DNA of 64,000 nt from Gemmatimonadota bacterium (lineage in GTDB: Bacteria > Gemmatimonadota > Gemmatimonadetes > JACCXV01 > JAHWKZ01). The notes below the pieces were generated by a model. That model did not search any database. It saw only the letters and a program-made list of their open reading frames with translations, and was not told the DNA's origin. The stretch is from NCBI GenBank assembly GCA_039588915.1, contig JBDGYV010000001.1, positions 26,365-90,364 of the forward strand. Reading direction: 5' to 3'. Positions 51,717 to 62,600 of this stretch are shown here, piece after piece; position 1 is the stretch's first letter, and each line of letters opens with the position of its first letter. The position numbers and the translations under genes were made by a program.

Positions 51717-52997
51717 GTGGAGAAGTTCATCGTCACCGGTGGTCGGCCGATAAGCGGAACGATGACTCCGGCCGGGAACAAGAACGAGGCGCTACCGTGT
51801 CTGGCAGCGACCCTTTTGGCCGACCAACCCGTACGGCTCACCTCGATCCCAGATGTCAGCGATATCCGCACCATGGTCGAACTGCTCAAAGCCGTTGGTT
51901 GTGCCGTAGAGGACAAGATCGCGAATGAATACACGATTCATCCCGATTGCGACGGCCCGATTCCGGGTGAGTTGGCGGGGCGGATTCGCGGTTCGTTTCT
52001 GGTTGCCGGGCCGCTGCTTGCGCGCCGCGGCGAGGTGCACCTGCCTACGCCAGGCGGTGACAGGATCGGACTGCGCCGCGTTGACACCCACTTGTTGGCG
52101 TTTCGCGCGCTCGGCGCCGAAGTCGAGGTCAAAAACCGGGAATACGTGATCCGGGCGCCGCGCGGACTGACTGGTGCGGATGTCTTTCTCGACGAAACCA
52201 GTGTCATGGGAACCGAGAACGCGATCATGGCAGCCGTGCGGGCCGAGGGCACGACCCGGATCGCGAATGCTGCCTCGGAGCCGCACGTTCAGGGGCTCTG
52301 CCGCATGCTGACCGGGATGGGTGCTGATATCCGAGGGATTGGTACAAATCACCTCGAGATCCGCGGCGTGGCCGCACTGAGCGGAACGAATCACCAACTC
52401 CAGCCGGACCACATCGAAGTCGGATCGTTCGTGGGGCTGGCCGCGGTTACCGACGGCGCCTTGACGATCAAGAACGCGGGCGTCGCCAATCTGGCCATGA
52501 TCAGACTCTGCTATGAGCGATTAGGGGTCGAGATCGAGGTGAACGGCGACGATATCCATATACGGGCCGGCCAACGACTTCGCATTATGGACGATTCCGG
52601 TGGTGCGATCCCGAAGATCGATGACGCCCCTTGGCCCGGACTTCCAGCGGATCTGACGTCGATTCTTCTGGTCGTGGCGACCCAAGCGGAGGGCACGGTT
52701 CTGATCCACGAGAAGATGTTCGAGAGCCGCCTCTTCTTCGTCGATCGATTGCTCACGATGGGTGCCCGGATCGTCCTCTGCGATCCGCATCGAGCGGTGG
52801 TCAGCGGTCCCACACCGCTGGTAGGCGAGCGTATATCGAGCCCCGACATCCGAGCTGGGATGGCCTTGTTGATCGCCGCGTTGGCTGCCTCCGGCGAATC
52901 CGTCATTCAGAACATTGCGCAAATCGATCGTGGGTACGAGCGGATCGATGAGCGATTGCGACAGTTGGGAGCGGCGATCCGTCGGGAGCCGGAATGA
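51717..52997 (+). CDS. murA: UDP-N-acetylglucosamine 1-carboxyvinyltransferase
   Basis: GTG at 51717 follows GAAAGGGAAAG. VEKFIVTGGRPISGTMTPAGNKNEALPCLAA is the canonical MurA N-terminus. Confidence 0.9.
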   Translation: MEKFIVTGGRPISGTMTPAGNKNEALPCLAATLLADQPVRLTSIPDVSDIRTMVELLKAVGCAVEDKIANEYTIHPDCDGPIPGELAGRIRGSFLVAGPLLARRGEVHLPTPGGDRIGLRRVDTHLLAFRALGAEVEVKNREYVIRAPRGLTGADVFLDETSVMGTENAIMAAVRAEGTTRIANAASEPHVQGLCRMLTGMGADIRGIGTNHLEIRGVAALSGTNHQLQPDHIEVGSFVGLAAVTDGALTIKNAGVANLAMIRLCYERLGVEIEVNGDDIHIRAGQRLRIMDDSGGAIPKIDDAPWPGLPADLTSILLVVATQAEGTVLIHEKMFESRLFFVDRLLTMGARIVLCDPHRAVVSGPTPLVGERISSPDIRAGMALLIAALAASGESVIQNIAQIDRGYERIDERLRQLGAAIRREPE

Positions 52998-53863
52998 CGA
53001 TCGGTGAACCGGCGAAGCTGTACCTGGTCGGTACCCCCATCGGAAACCGTGGCGACATGACGTCTCGGGCCCGCCAGGTCCTAGCCGACGTGCCAGCGGT
53101 GGCTTGTGAGGATACGCGGACGTGTCGCCGGCTGTTCGCGTGGTTGGATGTTTTGATGCCGGACGTCATCGCCTACCACGATCACAACATCGATACAGCG
53201 CTTCCCACAGTAATCGCTCGGCTCGAGACCGGAGACGATGTCGCGCTCGTTACAGATGCCGGGATGCCGGCGATCCAGGATCCGGGGTATCGACTGGTCG
53301 TTGCCGCGCGGCAGCGGGGGATCGAGGTCGTTCCGGTTCCGGGGCCGAGCGCGCTCTTGATCGCGCTGGCGGCCAGCGGGTTGCCGACCGATCGCTTCGC
53401 ATTCCTGGGTTTTGCTCCACGCCGTGGAAGGGAGTCATGGTGGCGTGAGGCACTCACCCGCCCGGAGACGATCGTCGTTTACGAGGCGCCGGGACGAGTC
53501 GGCGCAACGGTGGCCGTGATCACCGATTTGGTCCCCGATCGGCCCGTCTGCCTGGCTCGGGAGCTGACCAAGTTGCATGAAGAGTTCGTCACCGGAACTG
53601 CCGAAGACGTGAGCCACAGCTTGGTGGCCCGTGAGCAACCGGTCAGGGGCGAGTGCGTGCTCGTGGTGGGCGGCTCGGGCACCAGTGACGCGGCCGCACT
53701 GCCGTGGCCCGCCGCACTGGCACGACTCGAGGCGTCGCGAGCTGGACACACGATGAGCGCACGCGATCGCGTCGAGGTGATGGCTTGCGCGTACCCGGCG
53801 GCTCGCAACGCCATCTACCGCGCCGTGCACGGGCCGGATGACCGCGCCGGAGACCCCGAGTGA
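52994..53863 (+). CDS. rsmI: 16S rRNA (cytidine1402-2'-O)-methyltransferase RsmI
   Basis: The ATG overlaps the murA stop. The tetrapyrrole-methylase fold LYLVGTPIGNRGDMTSRA is present. Confidence 0.85.
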   Translation: MTIGEPAKLYLVGTPIGNRGDMTSRARQVLADVPAVACEDTRTCRRLFAWLDVLMPDVIAYHDHNIDTALPTVIARLETGDDVALVTDAGMPAIQDPGYRLVVAARQRGIEVVPVPGPSALLIALAASGLPTDRFAFLGFAPRRGRESWWREALTRPETIVVYEAPGRVGATVAVITDLVPDRPVCLARELTKLHEEFVTGTAEDVSHSLVAREQPVRGECVLVVGGSGTSDAAALPWPAALARLEASRAGHTMSARDRVEVMACAYPAARNAIYRAVHGPDDRAGDPE

Positions 53864-54549
53864 GACCGTTGCCGGTCGTTGCGGTCGCCGCCGTTGCGGT
53901 CACCGGTTCTCCGCTTCAGAGCCAGGGTCTTGGCGGTCGGTCGCTGACGCCGCCACCGACGTCGCTGACCATCGCTCGGCTTCAGTACGAACCCGGTGAT
54001 TGGTACGGGAACCCCACGTCGCTGCCCAATCTGCTTGCCTTCGTTCGCGAAGAGGTTGGGCTCCTAACCGCCGATCGCGAGGCGATCGTGCGTGCCACCG
54101 ACCCCGACCTCGATCGCTACCCACTGTTGTACCTCACTGGTCATGGCGAGATTCGCCTTACTGAGGAAGAGGTTCTCGCGTTACGCGGCTACCTAACGAC
54201 TGGAGGCCTGCTGCACGCCGACGACAACTTCGGCATCGACCCCTCGCTGCGACGAGAGATCGCGCGCATCTTCCCCGATGAACGGTTGGTCGAGCTGCCT
54301 ACAGAGCATCCGATCTTTCGAACCCGGTTCCGGTTTGCGGACGGCTTGCCCAAGATCCACGAGCACGCTGGCGGACCCCCAAAGGGGTACGGGGTGTTCT
54401 ACGACGGGAGACTGGTGGTCTTCTACTCGTTTAATACCGATCTCGGAGACGGTTGGGAAGACGCGGAGGTCCACGGCGATCCAGTCGAGATTCGTCAGGC
54501 GGCTCTGGAGATGGGTGCCAACGTCTTCGTCTACGCCCTCACCCATTAG
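53860..54549 (+). CDS. Conserved hypothetical exported protein (possibly DUF4159-like)
   Basis: The GTG overlaps the rsmI stop (GTGA). A signal-like N-terminus RPLPVVAVAAVAVTG is present. Motifs QYEPGDWYGN and LLYLTGHG are present. Confidence 0.45.
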   Translation: MRPLPVVAVAAVAVTGSPLQSQGLGGRSLTPPPTSLTIARLQYEPGDWYGNPTSLPNLLAFVREEVGLLTADREAIVRATDPDLDRYPLLYLTGHGEIRLTEEEVLALRGYLTTGGLLHADDNFGIDPSLRREIARIFPDERLVELPTEHPIFRTRFRFADGLPKIHEHAGGPPKGYGVFYDGRLVVFYSFNTDLGDGWEDAEVHGDPVEIRQAALEMGANVFVYALTH

Positions 54550-54612
54550 TTGCCTCCAGGCGTTGGTATGACCTCGCGCGTTTTGACACACCAGGCGGTC
54601 TAAGCAATCTTA

Positions 54613-56136
54613 ATGTTGGGGGATAGTAGGTACCTAGGAATGCCGGGAGCACGCCGAAGACAGATCCGCAGCAAGCTCATCGTGACCTTCATCGCGCTGG
54701 TCACGATGCTCGTCGTGGCGAGCGCCTACGTCTGGTATCGGGTCGCGACCGGGCACGTTCGCCGCGAGATGGAGAACCGTTTGCTGGCGGTAGCTGAGGC
54801 CGGGGGACTCGTCTTCGACCCCGAGCTGACGACGGTGTTGGTGGGTGACCTTGGACCTCGCACGCGAGCCATCGCTCAGGGACAGCTGAGACAGATCAAG
54901 GATCGGCTCGGAGTTCGCGAAGCGTACATCTTCGATCGTGAGCATCGGATCCTGGCCTCCACAGATTCACTGGACATGGACGTCGGCGTCGTTTCTCCAC
55001 AACTCGACAACTACGCCGCTGAGATCGACCGCGCCTTCGCCGGTGAAGCGGTCCTGACTGTGCCCTTCACAGATCGATCGGGTGCTGTTTATCAAACCGC
55101 GTTCGCCCCGCTCATCGGGTACCGCGATCCAGAGGGCACCGAACGTGATGTCGTGGCGGTGTTCGGGGTCGACCTGTCACTTGCCTTCCTCGAGGTGTTC
55201 AACGACTTCCGACAGCTGACGGTGCTGCTTTCGCTGGTAGCGATCCTGCTTGCGGTCATCGTCGGCGTGGTGTTCGCACGGTCACTTTCGGAACCGATCG
55301 GTGCACTTGTCCGCTCTGCTGAACGTATGGAGCGCGGCGAGATGACCGAACCGGTCGCAGTCGAGACACAAGACGAGATCGGATATCTCGGTGATGCCTT
55401 AGAGAACATGCGCAAGGGTATTGTGAGACGAGACCGCCATCTGCGGACGATGCTCGCCGGCGTTGCTCACGAGATACGAAACCCGCTGGGAGGCATTGAG
55501 ATCTTCGCCGGTCTTTTGCGGGATGACTTGCCGGTGGAGGATCACCGTCGCTCGCACTTGGAGAAGATCATTCGTGAGGTCCAACACCTGAAGACGATCA
55601 TTAACGAATTTCTGATCTACGCGCGCCCGCGTCGTCCCATCTTGGAGCCCTTCTCGCTATCGGAGCTGCTCGACGACGTGAATTTCTTGCTGACGGCTGA
55701 CGCTGACGCCCGCGATGTTGAAGTGTCGGTCGACTTGGTCGACGATGAAATCAGCGTTCACGCCGACGTCGAGCAAATAAAGCGGGCGATACTAAACCTG
55801 GTCAAAAACGCGATACAGGCGTCATCGGAAGGTGGCACGGTCGAGGTTCGGGGACACCAGGTGGAAAACAAGGTGCGGATCACTGTTAAGGACTACGGGT
55901 TCGGAATCGAGCCCGAGCAGGTCAAACGGATCTTCGACCCGTTCTTTACGACCAAGGGGTCTGGGGTTGGTCTGGGATTGTCGATTGTGCGATCCATTAT
56001 TGAAGAGAATGACGGCGAGATCTGGGTCGAGAGCGTACCCCACGAACGGACAATGTTCTTCATTTCTCTGCCCGCGTCGGGCACTGGCGGCGGCAGGTTC
56101 CGGGCGATCGAAAAGCCAGCGGCGTTGGGGCGTTGA
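54613..56136 (+). CDS. Sensor histidine kinase (TM - periplasmic sensor - HAMP - HisKA - HATPase)
   Basis: A TM helix LIVTFIALVTMLVVASAYVWY, an H-box HEIRNPLGG and the G-box DYGFGI...GSGVGLGLSIV are present. An alternative start ATG at 54640 has GTAGG upstream. Confidence 0.85.
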   Translation: MLGDSRYLGMPGARRRQIRSKLIVTFIALVTMLVVASAYVWYRVATGHVRREMENRLLAVAEAGGLVFDPELTTVLVGDLGPRTRAIAQGQLRQIKDRLGVREAYIFDREHRILASTDSLDMDVGVVSPQLDNYAAEIDRAFAGEAVLTVPFTDRSGAVYQTAFAPLIGYRDPEGTERDVVAVFGVDLSLAFLEVFNDFRQLTVLLSLVAILLAVIVGVVFARSLSEPIGALVRSAERMERGEMTEPVAVETQDEIGYLGDALENMRKGIVRRDRHLRTMLAGVAHEIRNPLGGIEIFAGLLRDDLPVEDHRRSHLEKIIREVQHLKTIINEFLIYARPRRPILEPFSLSELLDDVNFLLTADADARDVEVSVDLVDDEISVHADVEQIKRAILNLVKNAIQASSEGGTVEVRGHQVENKVRITVKDYGFGIEPEQVKRIFDPFFTTKGSGVGLGLSIVRSIIEENDGEIWVESVPHERTMFFISLPASGTGGGRFRAIEKPAALGR

Positions 56137-56138
56137 CG

Positions 56139-57557
56139 ATGTCAAGGTCTAAGGATGGCTCCGTGGCGCGAATCGTGGTTGTCGAAGATAACCCCACCAT
56201 GCGAGAGGGATTGGAAGCGATGCTGACTCGTGCGGGTCATGATGTCGCTGTTGCCCCCAATGGGGAGCACGCGCTAGCGCTTTGCAGGGAAAGTGTCACC
56301 GATCTTGTGATTACCGACTTCAAGATGGAGGGGATGAGCGGTATAGACGTCCTGGACGCGTTGCGCGGGCGACCGTACCCCGGACAGCCGGAAGTCATAT
56401 TGATCACTGCGTTTGGAACGATCGATATCGCGGTCGAAGCAATGAAGCGGGGAGCGGTCGACTTCATCACCAAGCCGTTCGATCCCGAAGAGTTTCGCGT
56501 CAAAGTCGATCGTGCGCTCGCTACCCGTGCGATAAAGCGCGAGCGCGACGCCTTACGCGCCGAGACCGAATACCTGCGTGAAGAGGTCGAACATCATTTC
56601 GGTGAGATCGTCGGCCACTCCGCCTCGATGCAGAAGATCTTCGACTCAGTGCGCAAGATCTCGGGGACGAGCTCGTCGGTCTATATCTACGGCGAGAGCG
56701 GGACCGGCAAAGAACTGGTCGCGCGGGCGATTCACCGCGCGAGCCCTAGAGGCGATGGCCCGTTCATCAAGGTCAATTGCTCGGCATTGGCCGAGAGCCT
56801 GCTGGAATCGGAGCTCTTCGGACACGAGAAAGGGGCCTTTACTGGTGCCGTTAAACAGCGGAAAGGGCGTTTCGAGCTGGCTCACAAGGGCACGCTCTTC
56901 CTCGACGAGATCGCTGACATCCCAGCACCGACCCAAATCAAGCTGCTCCGGGTGCTACAGGAGAAAGAGATCGAGCGAGTCGGTGGGGAGGAGACGATTC
57001 GCGTCGATGTCAGAATCATAAGCGCCACCAACAAGGATTTGGGTCCATTGGTGGAGGATGGAACGTTCCGGGAGGACCTCTACTATCGACTCCATATCGT
57101 TCCCATAGAAATCCCGCCCCTGCGGAGACGCAAGGAGGATATCCGGCCGCTGGTGACGCATTTCCTCCAGACGATCAGTGCGGAGATTGGCAAGCCGATC
57201 GAGGGCATCAGCGACCGTGCGCTAGAGCTTCTACATACCTACGACTGGCCTGGGAACATTCGTGAGCTCGAGAACATGATCGAGCGCGCGATCGTGTTGT
57301 GCGACGGGACGATCCTGGAACCAGAAGCATTCCCACTCGATGAACGAGTGGCTCCTCGGGTGGGCCCGACGATCAGCGCGCCTCCGGTGGGGAGTGTCAA
57401 GCTCGACCACGCGCTCGAGGAGCTCGAGCGATCGATGATCGAGCGCGCGCTCGAGCAGGCAAACGGCGTGAAGACGAAGACCGCTGATTTGCTTGGGATC
57501 AAGACCAGTGCGCTTTACTACAAGCTGGAAAAGTATGGTCTCGCGCGCGACGACTAG
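56139..57557 (+). CDS. Sigma-54-dependent response regulator (NtrC family)
   Basis: A REC domain (VVEDNPTMREGL, D-box), an AAA+ domain with GESGTGKE and the GAFTGA motif, and a C-terminal Fis-type HTH are present. The start (ATG 56139 or TTG 56133) overlaps the kinase stop. Confidence 0.9.
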   Translation: MSRSKDGSVARIVVVEDNPTMREGLEAMLTRAGHDVAVAPNGEHALALCRESVTDLVITDFKMEGMSGIDVLDALRGRPYPGQPEVILITAFGTIDIAVEAMKRGAVDFITKPFDPEEFRVKVDRALATRAIKRERDALRAETEYLREEVEHHFGEIVGHSASMQKIFDSVRKISGTSSSVYIYGESGTGKELVARAIHRASPRGDGPFIKVNCSALAESLLESELFGHEKGAFTGAVKQRKGRFELAHKGTLFLDEIADIPAPTQIKLLRVLQEKEIERVGGEETIRVDVRIISATNKDLGPLVEDGTFREDLYYRLHIVPIEIPPLRRRKEDIRPLVTHFLQTISAEIGKPIEGISDRALELLHTYDWPGNIRELENMIERAIVLCDGTILEPEAFPLDERVAPRVGPTISAPPVGSVKLDHALEELERSMIERALEQANGVKTKTADLLGIKTSALYYKLEKYGLARDD

Positions 57558-58455
57558 GCTCGGGCTAGTGCTCTTTGTATGGTTCAGCGCGATCGCGCTG
57601 AGTTCGACGAGTTTGAGTGCGCAAGAACCCGGCATCGTCGAGCTGAGGCGGCTGATCGACGGGCGAGAGACGGAGATCGCGCGACTCGAAGTGAGGCTCC
57701 GATCCCTCGAGCAGCGTGGTGACTCACTTAGCGCTGCCAAGCGAGCGGCCGAGCCCGGCAGCGCCCGGTTCGCGTCGATCTCCAATCAGATCCTCGAATC
57801 GTCGGAACAGATTACAAACGTCACGCGTCAGCTCCGGGTGCTCTACGAGCAAGTACGCGATCTCAAGACCCAGCTGTTCCTCGCCTACAACGAGCAGATA
57901 CCGATTGTTCAGCAGGAAATCGACGCTGTCACGAGCCGAGAGCCCGCGGCCGAGAACGATCAGGAGCTGCGCCGGTTGGTGGCATTGCTCGAGGATTACG
58001 TACGTGCTCGAGAGACGCTGACGACCGAAATCGAAGAGGTGGAAGAAGACCTCTTCTTGCCACGACTTGCGTTTGACCCAAGAGATGGTCCGGCGCAGCT
58101 CCGTGTCAAGGAGGCGATCGCGCGTGATGCCGTCGATAAGATCGATGAGCGGATCGCCGCCATCGAAGACCAAATAAACAAGACGCTCCAGAAGCAGCGT
58201 GATCTCGAAGAGTTTCAACGTATAAAGGACGATATCGAGCGCGACGGACAGGCGGCGCTTGGTGGCAGTGTGATCGAGGCGATCTTGAGCGATAGAGGTG
58301 TTGGCGGTCGCACCGGCCCCGGGGACGTATTCGAAGACCCGAGTGCGCGGTTGAGCGCTCTGCAGCGGCGCAGATTCGACCTGCTCCAGCGACGCGAAGA
58401 CTATGCAAATAAAGCAGAACAATTCGCTGAAAGACGAGCAGCATTTTATCGTTAA
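57535..58455 (+). CDS. Exported all-coiled-coil protein (hypothetical)
   Basis: ATG at 57535 overlaps the regulator stop by 23 nt. The signal peptide is MVSRATTRLGLVLFVWFSAIALSSTSLSAQE. The remaining ~280 aa are heptad-rich and Glu/Arg/Leu-dominated. Confidence 0.6.
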   Translation: MVSRATTRLGLVLFVWFSAIALSSTSLSAQEPGIVELRRLIDGRETEIARLEVRLRSLEQRGDSLSAAKRAAEPGSARFASISNQILESSEQITNVTRQLRVLYEQVRDLKTQLFLAYNEQIPIVQQEIDAVTSREPAAENDQELRRLVALLEDYVRARETLTTEIEEVEEDLFLPRLAFDPRDGPAQLRVKEAIARDAVDKIDERIAAIEDQINKTLQKQRDLEEFQRIKDDIERDGQAALGGSVIEAILSDRGVGGRTGPGDVFEDPSARLSALQRRRFDLLQRREDYANKAEQFAERRAAFYR

Positions 58456-58477
58456 CCTGTGTCAGGAGGAGTCATCT

Positions 58478-59638
58478 ATGACGTGCCATCGTAGGAAACC
58501 GCGGGGTCGCCCGCCGCGGTCGAGTACGTCGGCGCTCGCGATTGCGTGGCTGTTGACGTTGTTGCCGACCGTACTCCACGCTCAGGCGGCGTGGGACTAC
58601 GACCAAGACGTTCACGTAACGTACGAATTCGACGATAACGTCGATGAGGCGCTCATAGATCCCGTGCGTGCACAGATCGCTCGCCTCGCGTACAGCGGAG
58701 ACTTGGAATGGGGAGAGGCCGGCGCGCAGCGTCTGTCGCTGTCCTACCAGGGTGGCTTCAAGCGCCACTTCGGCTTGGTCGGCAACGACTTCGATCTGGC
58801 CAATCAGTTCGTCAATGAAGGCGGCGTCGGGTATGTGCGTCGAGTCAGCACAAACCTGGCGTTGGGCGGAGCCTTCGCGATCAAGAATCGAAAGTGGACC
58901 GACGACTTCTTCTTTATCAACGAGGATGGATTCACGAGCGTAGGCGGGGAGGCCAGCGCTACGTGGAACCTACGACCTTTGGTGCCGGATCAGCTGGCCC
59001 GACTGGAGGTCGGAACACGGTTCGCACGGGTCGACTTCGAGAATCTGGATCAACCGTTCGATGAGCGATCGGTCGGCGGGTTTGGTTCGCTCACAAAGGA
59101 CTTTGGTCAAGACGTTTCGGTCACTTGGCAATACTCGGTGGATCGTATTCGCTACCCCGGCCGCGGCGTCGTGAGGCGTGACGACGACGATCCCGCGAAT
59201 GCGTTCCGCGGCTTGACTCGACCCCGGCAGATCGACTACCTGCACGAATTGGGAGGTCAGCTGGTGTGGCTGGGCCCGGTCTCCGTGGAGGCCGAGTATC
59301 ATTTTCGATACAACGACTCAAACTCGTTTGGACTTTCATACCTGAGCCACAATATCGGCTTGCAGGTGATCCGACGGTTGCCGTGGGACATGTTGGCGCA
59401 GTTCTACGGGCTCATCGAGTTGAGATCGTTCTCGGAACCGGCCCCGAACTTGAGCGGCGCCGGCACGCTGGATACCAGCGGCGCTTCCAATAACGTGCTG
59501 CTGCTTCGGTTGGTCAAGGATGTCAATGCGCAATACTCGGTCGAGGCTCGTTACGGACGATATCGGAACGAATCAATCACGTTGAATGATTTCTATACCA
59601 AGAATGTCTACTCCGTAGGCATGAACTTCCGGCCATGA
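58478..59638 (+). CDS. Putative outer-membrane beta-barrel protein (hypothetical)
   Basis: ATG at 58478 follows GGAGGA at 58465-58470. The signal peptide is ALAIAWLLTLLPTVLHAQA. The mature part alternates hydrophobic and polar residues with many Tyr/Gly/Asp, and the C-terminus ends ...VYSVGMNFRP. Confidence 0.5.
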   Translation: MTCHRRKPRGRPPRSSTSALAIAWLLTLLPTVLHAQAAWDYDQDVHVTYEFDDNVDEALIDPVRAQIARLAYSGDLEWGEAGAQRLSLSYQGGFKRHFGLVGNDFDLANQFVNEGGVGYVRRVSTNLALGGAFAIKNRKWTDDFFFINEDGFTSVGGEASATWNLRPLVPDQLARLEVGTRFARVDFENLDQPFDERSVGGFGSLTKDFGQDVSVTWQYSVDRIRYPGRGVVRRDDDDPANAFRGLTRPRQIDYLHELGGQLVWLGPVSVEAEYHFRYNDSNSFGLSYLSHNIGLQVIRRLPWDMLAQFYGLIELRSFSEPAPNLSGAGTLDTSGASNNVLLLRLVKDVNAQYSVEARYGRYRNESITLNDFYTKNVYSVGMNFRP

Positions 59639-59670
59639 ACCTGCACTCGTAAGGGCAGTCTTGAGATGAG

Positions 59671-62600
59671 ATGAGCACCTACCGCGATCCGGAAGTCGTC
59701 TTCCGGGAGCTCTGCGCCGCCGCGCGTGGCCGCCGCCATCAACGATTGGGTTGGACATCGGTGGCCGTCGCCGCGGCGTTTGTTTTTGCATTGCTCGCTT
59801 GGGAGATCATGATCGGGCCGGCAGGCGTTCTGCGTGGGCTCGGATACTTAGCGGTGACGATTGCCGCGATCGTCTCAGGATGGCGTCTGGTTGACGCCTG
59901 GCGCCGGTCGGTCATCGAATCCGCTGACGTGGTGGCTGAGCTAGGGCGATTGTTTCCGCAGACGAGAGGCACGCTCGAAGCTCTGCTCGAGGATCCTCGA
60001 GCCGGTCTGGCGGCCGCGCGGCAGCGATCTGCGGCATCGTGGCTCGAGCGTCGTGGCAGCGCCAGGCTCGACAGCGCGTTGGCAGACCATGATCGCTCGG
60101 GGATCGCGCGACGGCGATGGCTGGCGTTCGCGATGGGAGCGGTAGCGGCGCTAACAGCGGTCAGTCAACCGACTGCTGCGAGTAGGGTCGCCGGGGTTTT
60201 GCGCCGACCACAACAAGCGTGGCGATCCCCGACTGTCGAATGGACGATTGCACCGGGTGACATCGACGTCGCATACGGCGAGGAGTTGGTGGGCCAGGCC
60301 ACGATCCTGGGCCCGCCATCGAGGGGTCCGCTGTTGCTCGAGTCGCGCCCGCCGGCTTCCGCCTGGCGCGCCGAAACGTTGGCCGCGGGACGAACCGGTT
60401 CCTGGCGTTGGTCCGAGATAACCGGCCCATTCGAGTACCGACTCAGGTTTGGGCCGTTCACCAGTCCCGTCCACCAGGTGACGGTTCGCGTGCCAGTGGC
60501 CATGGTGCGGGTCGAGGCTCGGTTTGAGGGCGAAGCCTGGGTGCCGCTAGCCGGTCGAGCGGTGCCAACCGGCGAAACGCTTGAGATTCGCGGCGCGGCA
60601 AGTCAGAGGATCGATGCTGCTTGGGTGCAGTGGGCCGACGGGCGCAAAACTTCGCTTGACATCGAGGGTGTCACGTTTGCGGGTCCGGTCCAACTCGCGG
60701 TCGGGGAAGCCCGAGTCCTAGCTCGGACTCGGAGCGGTGTTGAAACGTCGCCGACGTCGTTTACCGTGATCGGAGTCGGGCCTGCGTTCGTCGAGCTCCT
60801 TCGGCCGGAAGACGACCCGACCGTTCTCGGTAGCGCTGGTGTGTGGTTGGAAGTCAGAACAGGCGCCGCGGCCGGGCTTCAGGAACTACGATGGGATACC
60901 GACGACGGACGAAGCGGTCTCATCGGCGATGTCGGTGGGACGCGTGATACGATTGTGGTGGCGATCGCGCGGCTCGGCACGCAGCGTTCCCCAGGCGACA
61001 GCTTTCGATTCCGAGTCGTGGCGCGCCCACTCCACGGCGGACCAGCGGCGACCGAGTGGCGAACCGCGGTGATCGCGGGTCGGGCGGCGCTCAGTGCAGA
61101 AGCCGCCGCCGATCGGGCCGCCGCCGGTCGTGAGATCGATCGCGCGCTGCAAGCGGCGCAGCGTGGGGTGCGTGGCGAGGGCTCGACGGGCGATCAACGG
61201 GAGCTCGACGCGCGGCTGCGGGCCGCTGCCGATAGCCTGGCTCAGACGCTTGATCGGACGCTGGCGGATCCGGACCTGCACCCCGGCCTCGCCGAACGCC
61301 TGGCGGCGTATCGACGATTGCTCGAGGGAACCTCGCAGGCGGATTTGATACCCCAGCCCGGTTTGCCTAACGAATCCGACGCCGAGTTGTCCGCTCGGGC
61401 GTCGATGCTGGAGGCGATCCGTGAGGGACTGGCTGAGACCGAGGCGCTGATCCAGCTATCGATGACCGCTGACACGCTGACTGGCCTGGCTCGGTCCGAG
61501 GACGAGCTGGCGAGCGACACCCGCCAGACGGACCCGGGTCGGCTGGGTGCCGAGATCGAACCCCGGCAGTCGGAGATCGACGTCGCTGCATCGGCAGCAT
61601 CCGAGCAACTACCTGATTCACTCCGGACAGCAGTCGAGGCCGCGCTCGAGAACGTTGGCGAGCAGATCGCGGATCGAGACCCGGCGGCGTTGGCGACGGC
61701 CCAACAACAAGCCGCGGAAACGCTCGATTGGGCCGCCGGTCGGGCGCGGACGGAGGTCGATCGCGCGGCGGGTGCCGCAGCGGCGCGGCGAATCGCGATC
61801 GATCGCGCCGGCGCCGAGGTCTTGTTTCTGGCCCAACGACAGCGGGAGCTGGCCGAAGCGATGGGTGGTCCGCCGCCTGGAGCCAGTCAGCACGCCGACA
61901 GAGTCTCCCGGCAGGCGGTGGTTGGACGGGGGTTGGAAGGCGCACTGGGCGAGTTGGTTGAAGCGATCGGCGGTCGCCCGGCCGGTGTCGAGTTGGCTAC
62001 GCGCTTGGCGCAAGCGGTGTTCAGCGTTCGATATGCGGGGGAAGCCGTAGTGACCTCGCCAGGCCAAGGTCTCAGAAATTCTCAGGCGCAGGCCGCAGCC
62101 GAGGATGCGGCCGCGGCGCTGATGTTGCTGGCGCGCGCGTTTCTGCTGCCCGACAGCGAGGGAACGACCGGGGGTGCGGAAGGCGCAGCTGGCAGCTCGG
62201 GACAAGTCGCGCGGCAGCTGGAGTCTATGGCGCAAGCCGAACGTTCGTTGGCTGATGCGCTCGGGAGCAGTGATGAGCCGGTGGGAGGCAACCCTGAAGC
62301 CGCAGTGGCTCAACGTGAGATCGGTCGACAGCTCAACGACGTTGCGGAGGAGCTGCTCGAGATGGGGATCGACATACGCACGGTACAGGGGCTGGAGGCC
62401 GCAGTCGAGGAGTTGGCGCGCCAGTTGGAACGCGGTGTCCCGGGCGCGCGCGCAGACACCGATTTGCGGGCGTTAGCGCGTCGGCTGGCCGATGTCGGAC
62501 GGATGGTCGAGCAAGAGACGACCGATCGTCGACGAGCGGAGGCAGCCCGTTCGTTCGTTCCCGAAACGCCCTCGCCATTACCACCTCGCGCGAGCGCGCC

